A stretch of DNA of 62,494 nt, counting the filler, from Choristocarpus tenellus KU-1152 (Eukaryota > Protista > Phaeophyceae), in NCBI GenBank assembly GCA_964200185.2. It is 10 parts of 10 records of this genome, joined end to end, with 100 filler letters (N's around TTAATTAATTAA, not from the genome) between each part and the next. Parts side by side here need not be neighbours in the genome. Positions count along the whole stretch, not along the records: positions 20,665 to 38,925 come from CAXNAD020000573.1; 9 more parts are not named here. One strand, written 5' to 3'. Within the stretch, counting starts at the first letter, position 1. Every line of letters starts with the position of its first letter. This document shows, piece after piece, positions 24,530-36,295 of this stretch. The translations under genes were made by a program, and so were the position numbers. Under the pieces are notes generated by a model. The model was given only the letters and a program-made list of their open reading frames with translations. It made no database searches and had not been told where the DNA came from.

Positions 24530-26200
24530 GTACTTAGGCTGTGCCCATTCCACTTGCTTTTTTTCTGTTTTTTTTTACATACCTTGTGTGCATGGTCCGT
24601 TTGACTATCTTTAACCCACTAAATTTCACGATCCCCAAGGAAGCGCACACTAATGCAAGCAAGTGGCAACCCGAGACACCCAGCATCATCTTTTGTTCAA
24701 CTCTTAATCCTCTGCCTGCGAAATAATGTACTAAATCATGGAAGATGGTGTAGGCCAACAAGAAGCAATGCATTGCACACCCTTTCCACACCCTTCATCG
24801 TTGTATTCGTGCTTGAGCCCAGCGTCTTGATCATTGACCAGGAGCACCACGAAGTTGCTAGCTGCTTGCCATGCCTGTGATGTGATGGTGTAGAAAATGG
24901 GTGCTCATCCTCTTGGGTCAGTTGTATGGATGGGGGCTGAGTGACCCGAGTGTTCTGAAAAATTGCTGTGGTGTTCCACCTTTATTTGTGTCTAAAAAAA
25001 TCAGAGGCACGCCACTGGACTTGGCCACCTGGTCAAATGTGATGATGTTGTGGTCCCCATTTCGGGTAACATTTCTGATTCTTCCAGACACGCATAATAG
25101 TGGAATACCAAATTTTTGAGGATTACAACTGAATCATATTTGCAGGTAGAAAACTGGTCCTAGGGTGGACAGGAGAGTGGTGGGCATGTTTTCTAGAAAA
25201 TGTTTGGCTTGCAGAGATCCCCCATTGAAGGCGTGGCGTAGAAGGGGTGAAAACTACAAGTCGTACATACATTTGGTTGATGGAGCCTAGCAGTTTATTG
25301 GTATCTGACTTGCCAAAGAGGACTTGATGACTGCATGCAGTCCATCACGCTAAGGGTATCACACTCACACACACTTTAGAATAACTTGGTCTCTCCATTA
25401 TCACTTTCAACTTCTAGCAAAAACACTGGTGTACTATATCCCCTTGAGGGTCTTGTTGGACATACACCAACTCCCCACCCCCAACAAAGCTCCTCAGATG
25501 CACAACAACCACTTGCAATGCCAGGTATAATTCAAAGATGAGGTAAGCATCCACAACGGGTAAACTAGTGATAACAGCCCTGCTACCTATGCCAGCTGTG
25601 TGCACCTCCCCCTGTGGATACTTTCCCCTTAGCCTCCCTGCAAACTTGTGTCTCCGTCAAACTTTAGTATCTCCATCGCGCTTGAATTGCAGGGTAGCCT
25701 GAATAGACACATCCACCACATGGAAGGCTGGGGTGAATCTACAACATCCACATCCAGCGGAGGACAAGACCCATGTAAATGACCTCCAGAGATAATGCAT
25801 GTGAACACTCTGTTCAACCACAACGTGAAAATCCCGACAAATAGCAAGCATTATGTAAGCATTTTGACCACATTTGGATAGTTGAGAAACGTCAACCTGT
25901 GTTGACATGGAGGTTCATATCATATCCTCCACAGCACTATTAATGGACAAGACGAGCAACGTTTATAGGTTGGGAATACTCCCAGTCTACCAAGCAATTC
26001 ATCAGCACCTGAAGTCACATGGTCTTGCTTGCAAGTGTCTGTAGAATAAAACTCAAGAGTACCATCTAGCAACATCAGAACCTGAATGGTCACACCTCGA
26101 CCAGAAAACTTCATTGAAGCTATAGCACAAAACTAGGATGACTCCAGGGGTTCAATTGTAACACTAGATCAGGTCAAGCCCTGTTACCTTAATCCTCAAC
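24530..26200 (-). mobile_element. Decayed CRE/NeSL-like non-LTR retrotransposon (RT, Zn finger, restriction-like endonuclease region)
   Basis: Minus-strand fragments in the expected order: YSFNEV (NAFNxV-like), GGHLHGSCPP (near YxDD), SLPVVDAYLIFELYLALQVVVVHLRSF...IVHQCF, HYYAC then GRIRNVTRNGDHNIITFDQVAKSSGV (HxxxC...RHN-like). Many stops and frameshifts. Confidence 0.45.
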
Positions 26201-26298
26201 AGAAGGATTCCTAATACTTCGTACCACTATTCCCAATTACACTAGCTGGCAGGAATTTGGGACATGTGTAAGTCACCTAACCGGCCTCAAACTTGAAC

Positions 26299-29103
26299 TC
26301 ATCGCCTTGTTTGTGCTGTTGGGGGGCGCCATTGACCCCTTGGAGCAGCTCCTTGTGGAATTGCAGACTTGAGCTTGGTAACTTCCATGTCTGCCTTGCG
26401 TATCTTGTCCTTTGTCTCTTCATTGAGCAGGTAGAGCAAGGCAATAGTAGGTAGGGATGGAAGAAGGAACACGGCAGCAGGGGGGTAGGGGGATACGTGT
26501 AACATGAAATGAAGTATTTAGAGAGAGCTAATCCAAAGGGGGAGAGAGCAATATCACCATGATCCTTCAACTTGAGCTCTCATCATTACACATCACAGAG
26601 TGAGAGGGCACCACATTCAGATAGCTGCCATAACAAATATTGGAGAAAGTCAGCATCCAACGCAGCAGGCACAAGGGTCGCAGCACACATGCGTGCACTG
26701 TAACAGGCACAAGGATACACAGCCAAGATGCATTGGTTTCCATCGATCGTTAGGCCACAGTACTGCACTTATGGAGGGATCTAGGGTTTTATCATCCTGC
26801 ACCTCCGAGCTTGGTGTGTACCCACTCCCTTGCAGAGGCCAGTCGCTGCAGGGCATCGCCTTCAGAGAACCTTGTGAGGTGCTCCTGGTGGACTTGCTTT
26901 TTCACTGGCATGGCAGTCTGTCCTTTCATCAGCAAATCGTAGAAGTCATCATGAGGATCAGTAAAGACAACTTCGTCGTAGCTCTCTGCTACAACTGGCT
27001 GCGGAGGGGGGTACGAAAGCAATGTCAAGTCTTGACATGTTAGTAGAGCTTACAAGGCGAACATCTCCATCCCGTTGGCTCAAAGTGATAAACAGGTTAA
27101 ATTATGAATAGAATCAGAAAATTGCCGTCCCCTCAATCCTAATGTTGCGGTATTTTAGTCGTTGCTCAGAGTGTGACTGTTTGGACATAGTATTAGCTCA
27201 TCGTTGTACAGACATATCCTTCACACCGGAAAAAATTGATCTGGAACACTAAAGTGTGTACCAATGGGAACTCAATATATATTTCAGACTCACATCTCAC
27301 TTTCTTTACAGTGAGTGTGACTGATGCATCTGGGTATAGCCTCAGCTGGTGCAGGATGTCGACAGGCCTCTCACTAGGGTCCTTGAAGTGAAGGGTCATT
27401 TTTGCTTCGAATTCTCCCCACCCCATCTCTGTGACTTCAAAGGGGGTGGTCGTGACCTCTGGAAGGAAACAAAACGTAACAACATGCTTATCAATTCCTG
27501 TTCTTAGGAGTAATTGAGGCAAGTCACCTTTCTTCTTCTGTGATGGGCATACTCAAGCCCCCCCCCCCAAAACGCTTTCAGTAATAAAAAAATGATGTAA
27601 TACATTATACGTTACCACTCTACTCTTTTCTAAAAATGACACCCACACAACACAAAATATGTTGTCACATCAACCTCCTGTAGACTGCCAATGCGATCTA
27701 GGCCCTCCCCCTCTCCCTCTGTCCACAAAGCCATCATCACAATATTACTTCCTATTGCTGCAAGAGCACCTCGTGTGGCCTCCGCGAAACTGGGGTGCAG
27801 AGTGAATACAACCTTGGACACGAAGTATGACAGGTCTTCCCCGTTCGGTCCTCGAACGAACACTGGACACGTCATTGAAGAACAAGGGAATTTATTGGGT
27901 TGGCTCAATTAGGGAGAATCAGATTAGTAGCAGCCTGCGTGAGAATAATATGAGTAGGTTGGGTGATGGGCTCAGGGTGGACACCTTTGTACCTAGTTGC
28001 ATGACACTCCAAATGTACATCTTGGCCCCTTCACAGAGTGGCGAATCCAGTGTTGAGAAGCCCATCTGTGTCTTTCATATGGTGCTAGCCTGCTCAGTCA
28101 GTACTAAGTACTTCTAATTAAAACCTGGTGAGTAGATAATATGTGGGGGCATCTTTGTGGTCCAGCAATACGGTGGGGAAGTGTATTTGGGTAACTTCGT
28201 GTGCATTGTCAAGAGCTCATGACATACAACTCGCACTACACTATATCGCAAAGGGCAACACAATGTCCTCTTCGGTTTCTTCATCCATGCAATACTCTGC
28301 TGCTCAGGTGGTTCTATCTTCATTCTATGCTAAGGTGGTCTTGATTTCCCTCGCAATGTCTAGAGGGGCTAGGTTGTAGGCGGGTGTGGGCAAGGGTAAA
28401 CAACAATTTACCATCATATTCCTTGCTAGCAGCCTACAGCTTTGGAGAGGATGACGCGGATCTCCATCAATCAAACATCAGGCAGGGTGAGATGGCGGGA
28501 AGTGGTTTCTTGACAGACGATAGGTTATTGGTCAAACACTCACGTGTCCACTTGTGTGTATGGAACTCGTCCTGTTTTTTCTTCCCCAACCAGAAAGCAA
28601 GAGACCCATAAGCAATGGGGCAGGAAACCTTCTCGATGGATGGAGAACAGAAGAAGGTGGCAGGAAAGCAGAGATGAGTCACAGTATTGTCCGCAGGACA
28701 AGCAGGACTGCCTTTGCAGTCCGGTCTTCAATTGACAAGAGTAGGTAACCGCAAGAATCCGATAGCCCTTGTACAACTAACCAGTTATTGAAACTCATAA
28801 TTCTGCTTGCACACGTACCGAGACGCCCTTCTTTCGAGTTTGCACGGCCTCCACCGCCTGAGATGATGAAATCATCGATCTCCCAGCTCCCGAAACCTCT
28901 GTTGACGCTGTCTCGGTCCCAGATCCCGACCTAGATCCTTCGCCCCTTCGTGCTCGCCCATTGTTTGTCATTGAAGATGTATGTGAAGTTGACCCCGTAG
29001 ATCGACTTGATGACGAGTGGTCTATTGCTAGATTGGGTACATAGGACGGAGAAGTTCCTTCAACCTTAGGTATCTTATGAGGGGGTTGACCAGCCCCACT
29101 CAT
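26299..29103 (-). CDS. YAF9: YEATS-domain protein (YEATS4/GAS41/Yaf9 homolog; NuA4/SWR1-type subunit), complete 6-exon gene, 311 aa
   Basis: Exons 29103-28819, 28628-28544, 27862-27770, 27458-27301, 26998-26803, 26417-26299; 936 nt in frame. Motifs PIAYGSLAFWL, HTHKWTLFVRG, KVVFTLHPSF, PFEVTEMGWGEFE, HQLRLY, PVVAESYDEVVF, C-terminal coiled coil. Confidence 0.93.
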
Positions 29104-29330
29104 CGCCGCCTGACACCGAGTTCAACAGCCCTGTGCTCTGGATTCCTTTTAACTTTGACTTCTACAGTAGTTACAGGCTCGACGCCCAGGGTAGCGCCGC
29201 TTCCTGCCCTCTTGTCCCTTGTTAGAGTGTATATATATATGTATATATCAAAATGGTCGGGTTTCAGCTAAATTGCGGTGGCGTTTTATCACTGGAACGG
29301 TTACCCTCACCATTTTCCACAGAAAAAGTA
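29104..29330. promoter_or_regulatory. Putative bidirectional promoter (227 bp between divergent ATGs)
   Basis: YEATS ATG at 29103 (-) and ATGG|GTGAG at 29331 (+); central TATA-like (TA)n at about 29230-29248; CpG-rich surroundings. Confidence 0.5.
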
Positions 29331-32300
29331 ATGGGTGAGGTACCATACTAGAATATAATAGTGTCCAAACTCCCATATTGAAACTAACTTCCCTCAAACG
29401 CAATGCTCGCACAAGACCCTCTATCACACTGGCCTATCCACAGCCCGCTTCGACAGTCCTCCGAGAAGAAGTGGGCAGACAGCTCTGAAGGCTGGAGCCA
29501 CAATTTGGAGGAATGCAAAAACGAGCTCGAAGAAGGGGAAGCGGAGCAAACCTCGTTCTTCCAAAGGTTTTTCGGGTAAAATATCATATGATTCCATTTC
29601 ACTAATCTCCATCCATGTGCGATTATTCCCTCTCTCATAAGCAGTATCATTAATTGGCAGGTAGTTGAAACCCTTTCCTTTATTTACACGGCGTGTTGAA
29701 TCCTCCACTCACTGCAACCTCGAGGATGCGTAATCAGTCCAGTAACCACCATCATGAATGAAGCCCAAATGTACGAGTAGAGCCCTGTGACAATGAGAGT
29801 AGTAAGATTATCTCAATTTATCATAGACTGATCCACTGCGACCCTCGTCGCGACACAACCATGCAGTTTGACACAACCCACCCCAAGAGGAGAACTTGTC
29901 AACGCCAATTCTTGGGCCTCGCCAAATGCATTGACTGTTGGGGGAACAGCTGGAACCTCAAGCAAGGTTTCCAGCTACTGGGAGGTGGGGATCTACACGA
30001 GCTATGTCATGGTCAAGAATCCTCTTACACATTTCGACTGTAGTACTTCCGAGGAATTATCCCCCAAATGTCTGTTTTTTTAATTCTCACCGGTCAATAT
30101 TTTTATCAATAGTATTATAATAAATAGGCTGGACCTCTCATGTGTTGGGGGTTGGTCGGATAGGGGAGAAGAGGAGGGAGCGTGTCGCGCAAGCTTACGC
30201 ACGAGGAAGAGAGTTGATACTGGTAAAGAGGTCAAGTAAGATGGTTGTGGTGTTTCGTGGTAGGTTGTGTAGAGATATCCATTATGTATAGTAACAGGGC
30301 TCAAAGTTCAAACAAGTCGGAAAAAGAAAAAACGGATCTAGCTCCATAGAGCCCATAGGTTTGTAAGGGCAGGAATTGTTCGGTTTTATACAGTACGTAT
30401 ATATATATTGGAGGGACACCCAAGGAGTGGGTACTGGAGAGAAATCTATTTCTCAGGGTTTTTCTCAAGTATGCACAAACGCGCAGGATCGCCCATCCAA
30501 CAGGACAAAAGCCAGTACTGGTAACTTACAGGCATTTACAGAAGGAAGAACAGAGGACGGGCAAGAATTACTTGGTTCATGTTTCTGGAAGCATTATAGG
30601 AACCTATATGCGCGAGAGAGTTGGTAGTGCTAATGTTGACTGCTTAATACAGGTATATGGACAAGGAAGAGAGCTGGAACTGGTAACGAGGTGAAGTGGG
30701 ATGCTTAAGGTGTAACATGGTAGGTTGTGTAGAGATGTCAATTAAATTTGTAGTAATAGTAGTAGTAGTAGTATAGTAGTAGTAGTAATAGTAGTAGTAG
30801 GAGTAGCAGCAGTAGTAGCATTCATATTATTGTTCATATTATAACCTGGTGGATCCCTGAACTGTGGTCGAAAATGGTGGTCTGAAGGAGGTACAACACA
30901 CTGCTTAATGAGAAAAGGCAAAAAGGGTTATATGACCCACTGGAAGAAAGAAAAAAGAGAAAAGGAAAAGGAAAAAAGGAAGAACAGAACTCTCAGGAAA
31001 AAAACATACACTAGTACATAGCAAATGGCAACATGGCAAGAAAGTAATCTATCTTCATCCATGGCCAATAAGTGGATGGAGATATTTGGCTGGGAATTCC
31101 CTTGTAGTAGTTGAAAACCTGTCTATTAACTGAACCTAACTGCAGCAACTCTTGTCTCCTTGAACTCTAACAATTAACTCAAATGATTATAATTTGACTC
31201 GGAGTTCTGGTCATGTTCTCCTACGTATATAATGGTGTATTTTTGACATTCTGGAGGAAAGAACTACGACCTGACAATTTCTGCAGCACCTGAGCTATTT
31301 ACTGAGGAGGAGTTCAAGGCTGTTTCTTGCATCAAGTTGGGGCTAGAGGTGATGATCCTGAGGAAACGACTTCAGGCAAGTGTCCATCTAGGACATGGTG
31401 TTGAAGTCGAATTCGAATTGGCACTTTCTGGTTTTTGCCTTCAGCAACTGGATCCAAACTAGTATTGCTCTGTCATGGGTGAAGGTGCCTTAGTTCAGAA
31501 TACACTCAAAGCAACCTTCTCAAACTGAATCCAAGGAACGAATCTCGATGAGATGCCGTGGACGGGAAGAACGTGCAGCAGTGCGGATCCAAGCAGTCTG
31601 CCGTGGGGTGCATACACGCCACAGGATGACAGCAATGCGAGAGGAATACATGCGTATGATAAACAACAAGAAACACACAAAGGTTTTCAAGCGGCAACTT
31701 CGTAGTGAAGGGTGGGTACATCGATGATGAGTGCATGCATGCATTGCAAATAACAATAAAGCGATTGTGTATACCCATCAATAACAAGGAAATGCAGTAT
31801 ATTATGACAGCAATAGAGATACTGCAGGTGGTATAGAACCTGCAACCAAACGAGGTTGAACAACAAATAGACCATACAACGGTAATAGAAGGATGAAACA
31901 CTATTGTAACCACACCATCTGGCTCAAACAAAGACATAAGTAAGGATGCCAAGGGGGATTGAAGTGGAGGGGGAGATACATGGTAAGTAGGACCTCAGAT
32001 GCGATTTTGTAGCAGTTGTTGGCACGTAACAAAATGTGGAAAAAACAAGTACAGAGAGGAGGAAGTGTCGATGGCAAATGGCTTGCATATCTTTCACAGC
32101 AGCGGACATTTGTATGCATAGCCGGGTTTATCTTGTCAGATAACATGCCCAACGACTTGGGGTATGTTCATTGTGTCATGCTACTAGACCAGTATCATGT
32201 ATTTGTGCTCATCTCAAAGATAGGTGTTGCCTGAACTGTAACTTACTGTTATTGAAACGGGATTGATTGAGTATACTATCACCGGCAGTGGGGCAGATTC

Positions 32301-35300
32301 TAATAGTGACCCTTCGTTTTTGTACTCTATGCCTCAATTCCGATGTGCACGATCCTTAACCTCAAGGTTTGTGGTGAATTTGTACCACACCAAGAATGGC
32401 AGTCAGAGCAAAGTGACTATCAAGCCCAATGGCAAGCTTAATGCACTCACATGGGCACATGCAGCCAAGGTGGATAGAAGCACCGTCCCTCTCATATCCC
32501 TCAAGGTGAGGGTATGCACGTCAGATTAAGGTTTGACCAAAAGTGTCGGGGGGGCGGGGGTCTACACAAGGGTGTCCATTTGGCCCAAAATCAAGAAAAG
32601 TGCATCTACATTCTCCATCCGACGCATGCAACCAAATCACCCAAAAATCGTGATATGAAAAAATTGACCTCAAATGGACAGCTGCCACCCCCCCCCAGAT
32701 GATTTGAGCCTTAGTGGGCCTTGACAAGTACCATTGTGTGTCCTACCATAGACTTCCATGGTGTCCAATAATGACATTGAGAAGGACTGAAAATATTACT
32801 CAGCATTTCTTTTGGCTCAAAGGAAAAGAGAGGCATCCTGACTTTACCCTTTTGCATTTGAAGCCACCTCTTTCCCTCCTTTGCAATTCACCCTTGTTTG
32901 TATGGATGAAGAGCTTAGAGTGACTTGAATGCATTGTTTTCTCTGTTGTTTGAATATCTCCAACAGAAGTTCGAAAAATTCTCACACACTTATGTACAAA
33001 AGAACAAATTTTGCACTCTGTATCACCATCAAAAAAGTGCAAACCTGGATACCTCTGGTTTAATTTTGGCTCTTTTGCACTGGTGGTACATCACACCTCC
33101 AACTCATTGCTTTGCCCAAACCCACCTCAGTCTCTCTGCTTATTTCTTTGCTTTATTGACATTCATCCAGGCATGCTACACGGGATACCCAAAGAGAAAC
33201 TTCCCGACAAAGTCTATGCAGGCACGTGCCACAGCACTTCCAAACAAGGATAAAACCTTTACTTTGGAACGAGACAATGGAAAGGTATTCATCTTTTCCT
33301 CGGCAGAGGATAATGATGGCCCCAGTCGTGCTATGCTGGTAGGTAAAGGTGCAAAAAAAAACCCCATGAGCCTGTTGTGTCCCGTTGCCTACCCTCCTCC
33401 AATCAGTCGCATCTGTTTGACTCCTTTTGTATTTCCAATTGTAAAGATCGTTTTTCCAGACGATGCCACATGGCGCATGAGCCAAACCAATTGAGAGGTA
33501 GGCAGGTTTGGACACTTATATGCATTCTAAGTCATCCTTCTTACCCTGTGCAATGCACTTTATTTCATTCCTTTATTTGTACAATGGCATGCACAAAATT
33601 GATATTCCCCCTTTCCACACACACAAATGATACCACAATTCAGGAAAGGTTCTTTACGCAATAGTATAAAATGTCCTATTTTTTCCCTTTCTCAGGATCC
33701 TTAAAATGCAACCCTGTCTAACTCTCAGTTGGTTTGACTCACATGGCACTTGTCAGTGATGCGAAATGTGGCCTCAAAACGATACATTGTCTTTCTTTTT
33801 TTTTGTGTTGTGGGTTTAATTGTGGTATAATTGAGGCTGTCCAGTACAACTCTTCCTGGGTATCGAATGACCTCCCCCTCTTCCTATGAACATTGTCATG
33901 CAGGAATAGTAGAGTCTACTTCAGGTTAATTTCCCGATTTGTTCTCTGATATCGTATGATGCCTTGGCACTCTTTTAAGAGCCCACTCAAGAATTTAAAT
34001 CAAGCGAAAAAAACAAATCGTTAGCACATGCAATTACAGTATGCGCATTAAGCCCCCCCCTGCCCCACCCCGCACAAGGTGCGTGGCCTGCAAGCAATCA
34101 TCGAGGAGGTATCTTGCCCTGAGTCATTCTATTTTGATGAAGTGGGTGTACTTCGTCGTGTTACAAGCTCAATCTTTGACGATCGAGGCAACACTGCACA
34201 GCGGGAGATGAAGCGACAGCTACGGATAGAAAGATTCAGGGCTCAAAGGGAGAAGGGGCAAGGTACAAACATGTGGCAGGTCAGTATGGTTCCTTAGCTG
34301 GTATGGACAAAGGAATTGCCAGGAATCTGCGAGTACAGAATAGGCCATCTGTGGACAAAGGTTGGAAAGTTTCCACATGAATGAGTTGTTCGAGTTTGAG
34401 CATCTAAGCTTGACGTACATACTCTAATGATTATCACTTTTTTTCTATTATATATATGTGAAACGTCCATGGCGTGCGACAGAACACCCCATGATGCAAA
34501 AGCAAGGAGATCTATTCTTTAAAAGCAAGTCTTTTTTTGTGGTTAAAACGTCTGGCAAACGAAATGCATGTATGAAACATATCGAGGAGGCATCACTGCA
34601 TACACTAATGCTTCATTTATCGCACTCAAATATGATGTTCACAGCTCAATGTTCACATGACACAGCTCTGGTAAGTCTCCTGGGTCCAAGTGTCGGAAAT
34701 CAGTAGTCAAAATTTGGAGAGCTATCACCAGGCCGTTGCTGAAGTAGAGTTCTGGAGATTTGGCTGTTCTTCAAAGTCCATGTGAAATGAAGTTACATTA
34801 CTACATATCTGCTGTCCAACAAATTTCATGTAGTATAAGCTTTGGCAGAATCTAGTGAAGATATGGTTGAAAGAGCCCAATTTGGTCCAGGTTACTCATT
34901 AGTGACAGTAAGATTAAACTCTTCTCCCTCCCACACTTCTAGTTCCACCTCATCTTTAATTATTCACACACAATCCTCTTTTACTCAAGAACGCCTAGCC
35001 GAAGACAACATGCTATCACTGCTGCACTGAATCCTTTATCAGGTAAGTCAAGCGCACCTGGAAGAGGCTAAAATAGGAGTAGAGTGTTTTATCTAAGCCT
35101 GCCTAGACAAACATGGATTGAGCCAAACCACACGAGAAGTAGGCAGGTTTGGGCCCTCCTTTGTATTCCAAGCCACCTTGAGCCAAATTAAACAAGAGGT
35201 ACTCAGATTTTGGGTGATTTGCTTTTTAAGTTCGTTTTTCGATCTTTTGCAATTCACTCATATATCTATGAAAAGAGTTCTAAGTTTTTCTTGAGAGCGT

Positions 35301-36295
35301 TTATTTCTCTATTGTTTTATTGTTTGAAACCATTGCGACAAAATTCAGAAAATATCCTATACATGTTGGTAAAAAGGTTGAATTTTATACTTATTTTTCA
35401 GCACCCTTAGAATGCAACTCTGGGCAACCCTCTTGTTTACTTTGACTCCTTTCTTAGCATATGCAATACACTCTATTTCACTACCTCATGGGCACAATAG
35501 TATATTTTATTGCCTTATTGGTACAATAGATTAGTCAAGAACAGAATTCCTCCTTTCCACCCACAGAGTGACTCCACAACTAAGTAAAGGTTCTTTGTGC
35601 AATTGTAGAAAGTGGCATATTTTTTCCCTTTCTCGAGATCCTTCACTCAATCGTTCACTCAATCCTTCACTCAGTCACCAATGTTTTCCCCATGCAACAT
35701 ATACCAGGCTCTGGAGGATCCAAACGGTCACCATCCGAAAGGTTTTGTGGAAGGTAAGGCATTTCAGGAGAGCCTACAACCAAGTGTGGAAATGCAACAA
35801 GGCATGAAAAGAGTCTCCTTGGACTTAACCCCATGCAAAATTGAAGGGGTAGAAAATGGGGTTAAGGAGGGGAAAGAGAGAAAGGAAGAGGAGAAGGGAG
35901 AGATGGCTAGATATGAGGAGAGAAGGGAGGATATGAGGGATGAGGAAGTTGTCAGACACATTGGTTGCCCAACCAGGCTAGCACAGGAGGATCAAAAGGA
36001 AGGGCAGAGGGAAGGTGTCTATTTGATTAAGTCTGCTGGATCAGGTCCGGGAGATAGAGGTGAGATCCACCATAGAGTGGACAGCAAGGACCCGACAGCA
36101 AATGTTTGCATACTGGGGTCAACTTCACCAAGTGAGGTTGACAAGTCATTTGTGCCGAAGACCTTCAAAAACATTCATGCCAGCATCTCCAACTTGAGCA
36201 GGAGAAGGAAAACCAGAAGGGGAGAGAGTAAGGGAAGTCAGGACGGTCCCTGCCCGGCACCAATCCTTGGAAGTCCCACTAACCTCATCACTTGA
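29331..36295 (+). CDS. IQ calmodulin-binding motif + PH-like domain protein, multi-exon
   Basis: Well-supported exons 31512-31711 (AAVRIQAVCRGVHTR = IQxxxRGxxxR), 32367-32505, 33171-33338, 34079-34279 and 35708-36295 join in frame: LRSEGFVVNLYHTKNG..KVTIKPNGKLNALTW...VPLISLKACYTG...KTFTLERDNGKVFIFSS...RAMLVRGLQAII (PH-like pattern). Candidate 5' exons 29331-29334, 29416-29575, 30128-30222, 30425-30520, 30653-30682 and 31287-31375 are phase-consistent but less certain; 29867-29984 is an alternative. Confidence 0.7.
30750..30820. repeat. (TAG)n microsatellite
   Basis: Directly visible. Confidence 0.9.
32535..32710 (+). mobile_element. MITE family A, complete ~176-bp copy in an intron
   Basis: Imperfect TIRs (AAAGTGTCGGGGGGG ... 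CCCCCCCAGATGATTT), inner inverted repeat TGTCCATTTG/CAAATGGACA, no coding capacity. Confidence 0.85.
33479..33740 (+). repeat. Old interspersed repeat family B (~260 bp)
   Basis: GAGCCAAACC..GAGGTAGGCAGGTTTG...CCTTTCCACACACA..TGA..CCACAA...AAAGGTTCTTT...CCCTTTCTCAGGATCC..AAAATGCAACCCTG; diverged copies at 35119-35645 and 52746-53020. Confidence 0.75.
35119..35645 (+). repeat. Repeat family B, fragmented copies
   Basis: Shares GAGCCAAACC..GTAGGCAGGTTTG and CCTTTCCAC..CCACAA..AAAGGTTCTTT..CCCTTTCTC blocks with 33479-33740. Confidence 0.65.

Noticed and set aside
28114-28323. Mariner-like PPHIIYSPGF peptide inside a YEATS intron
   Set aside because: Single weak motif with no other DDD/E context
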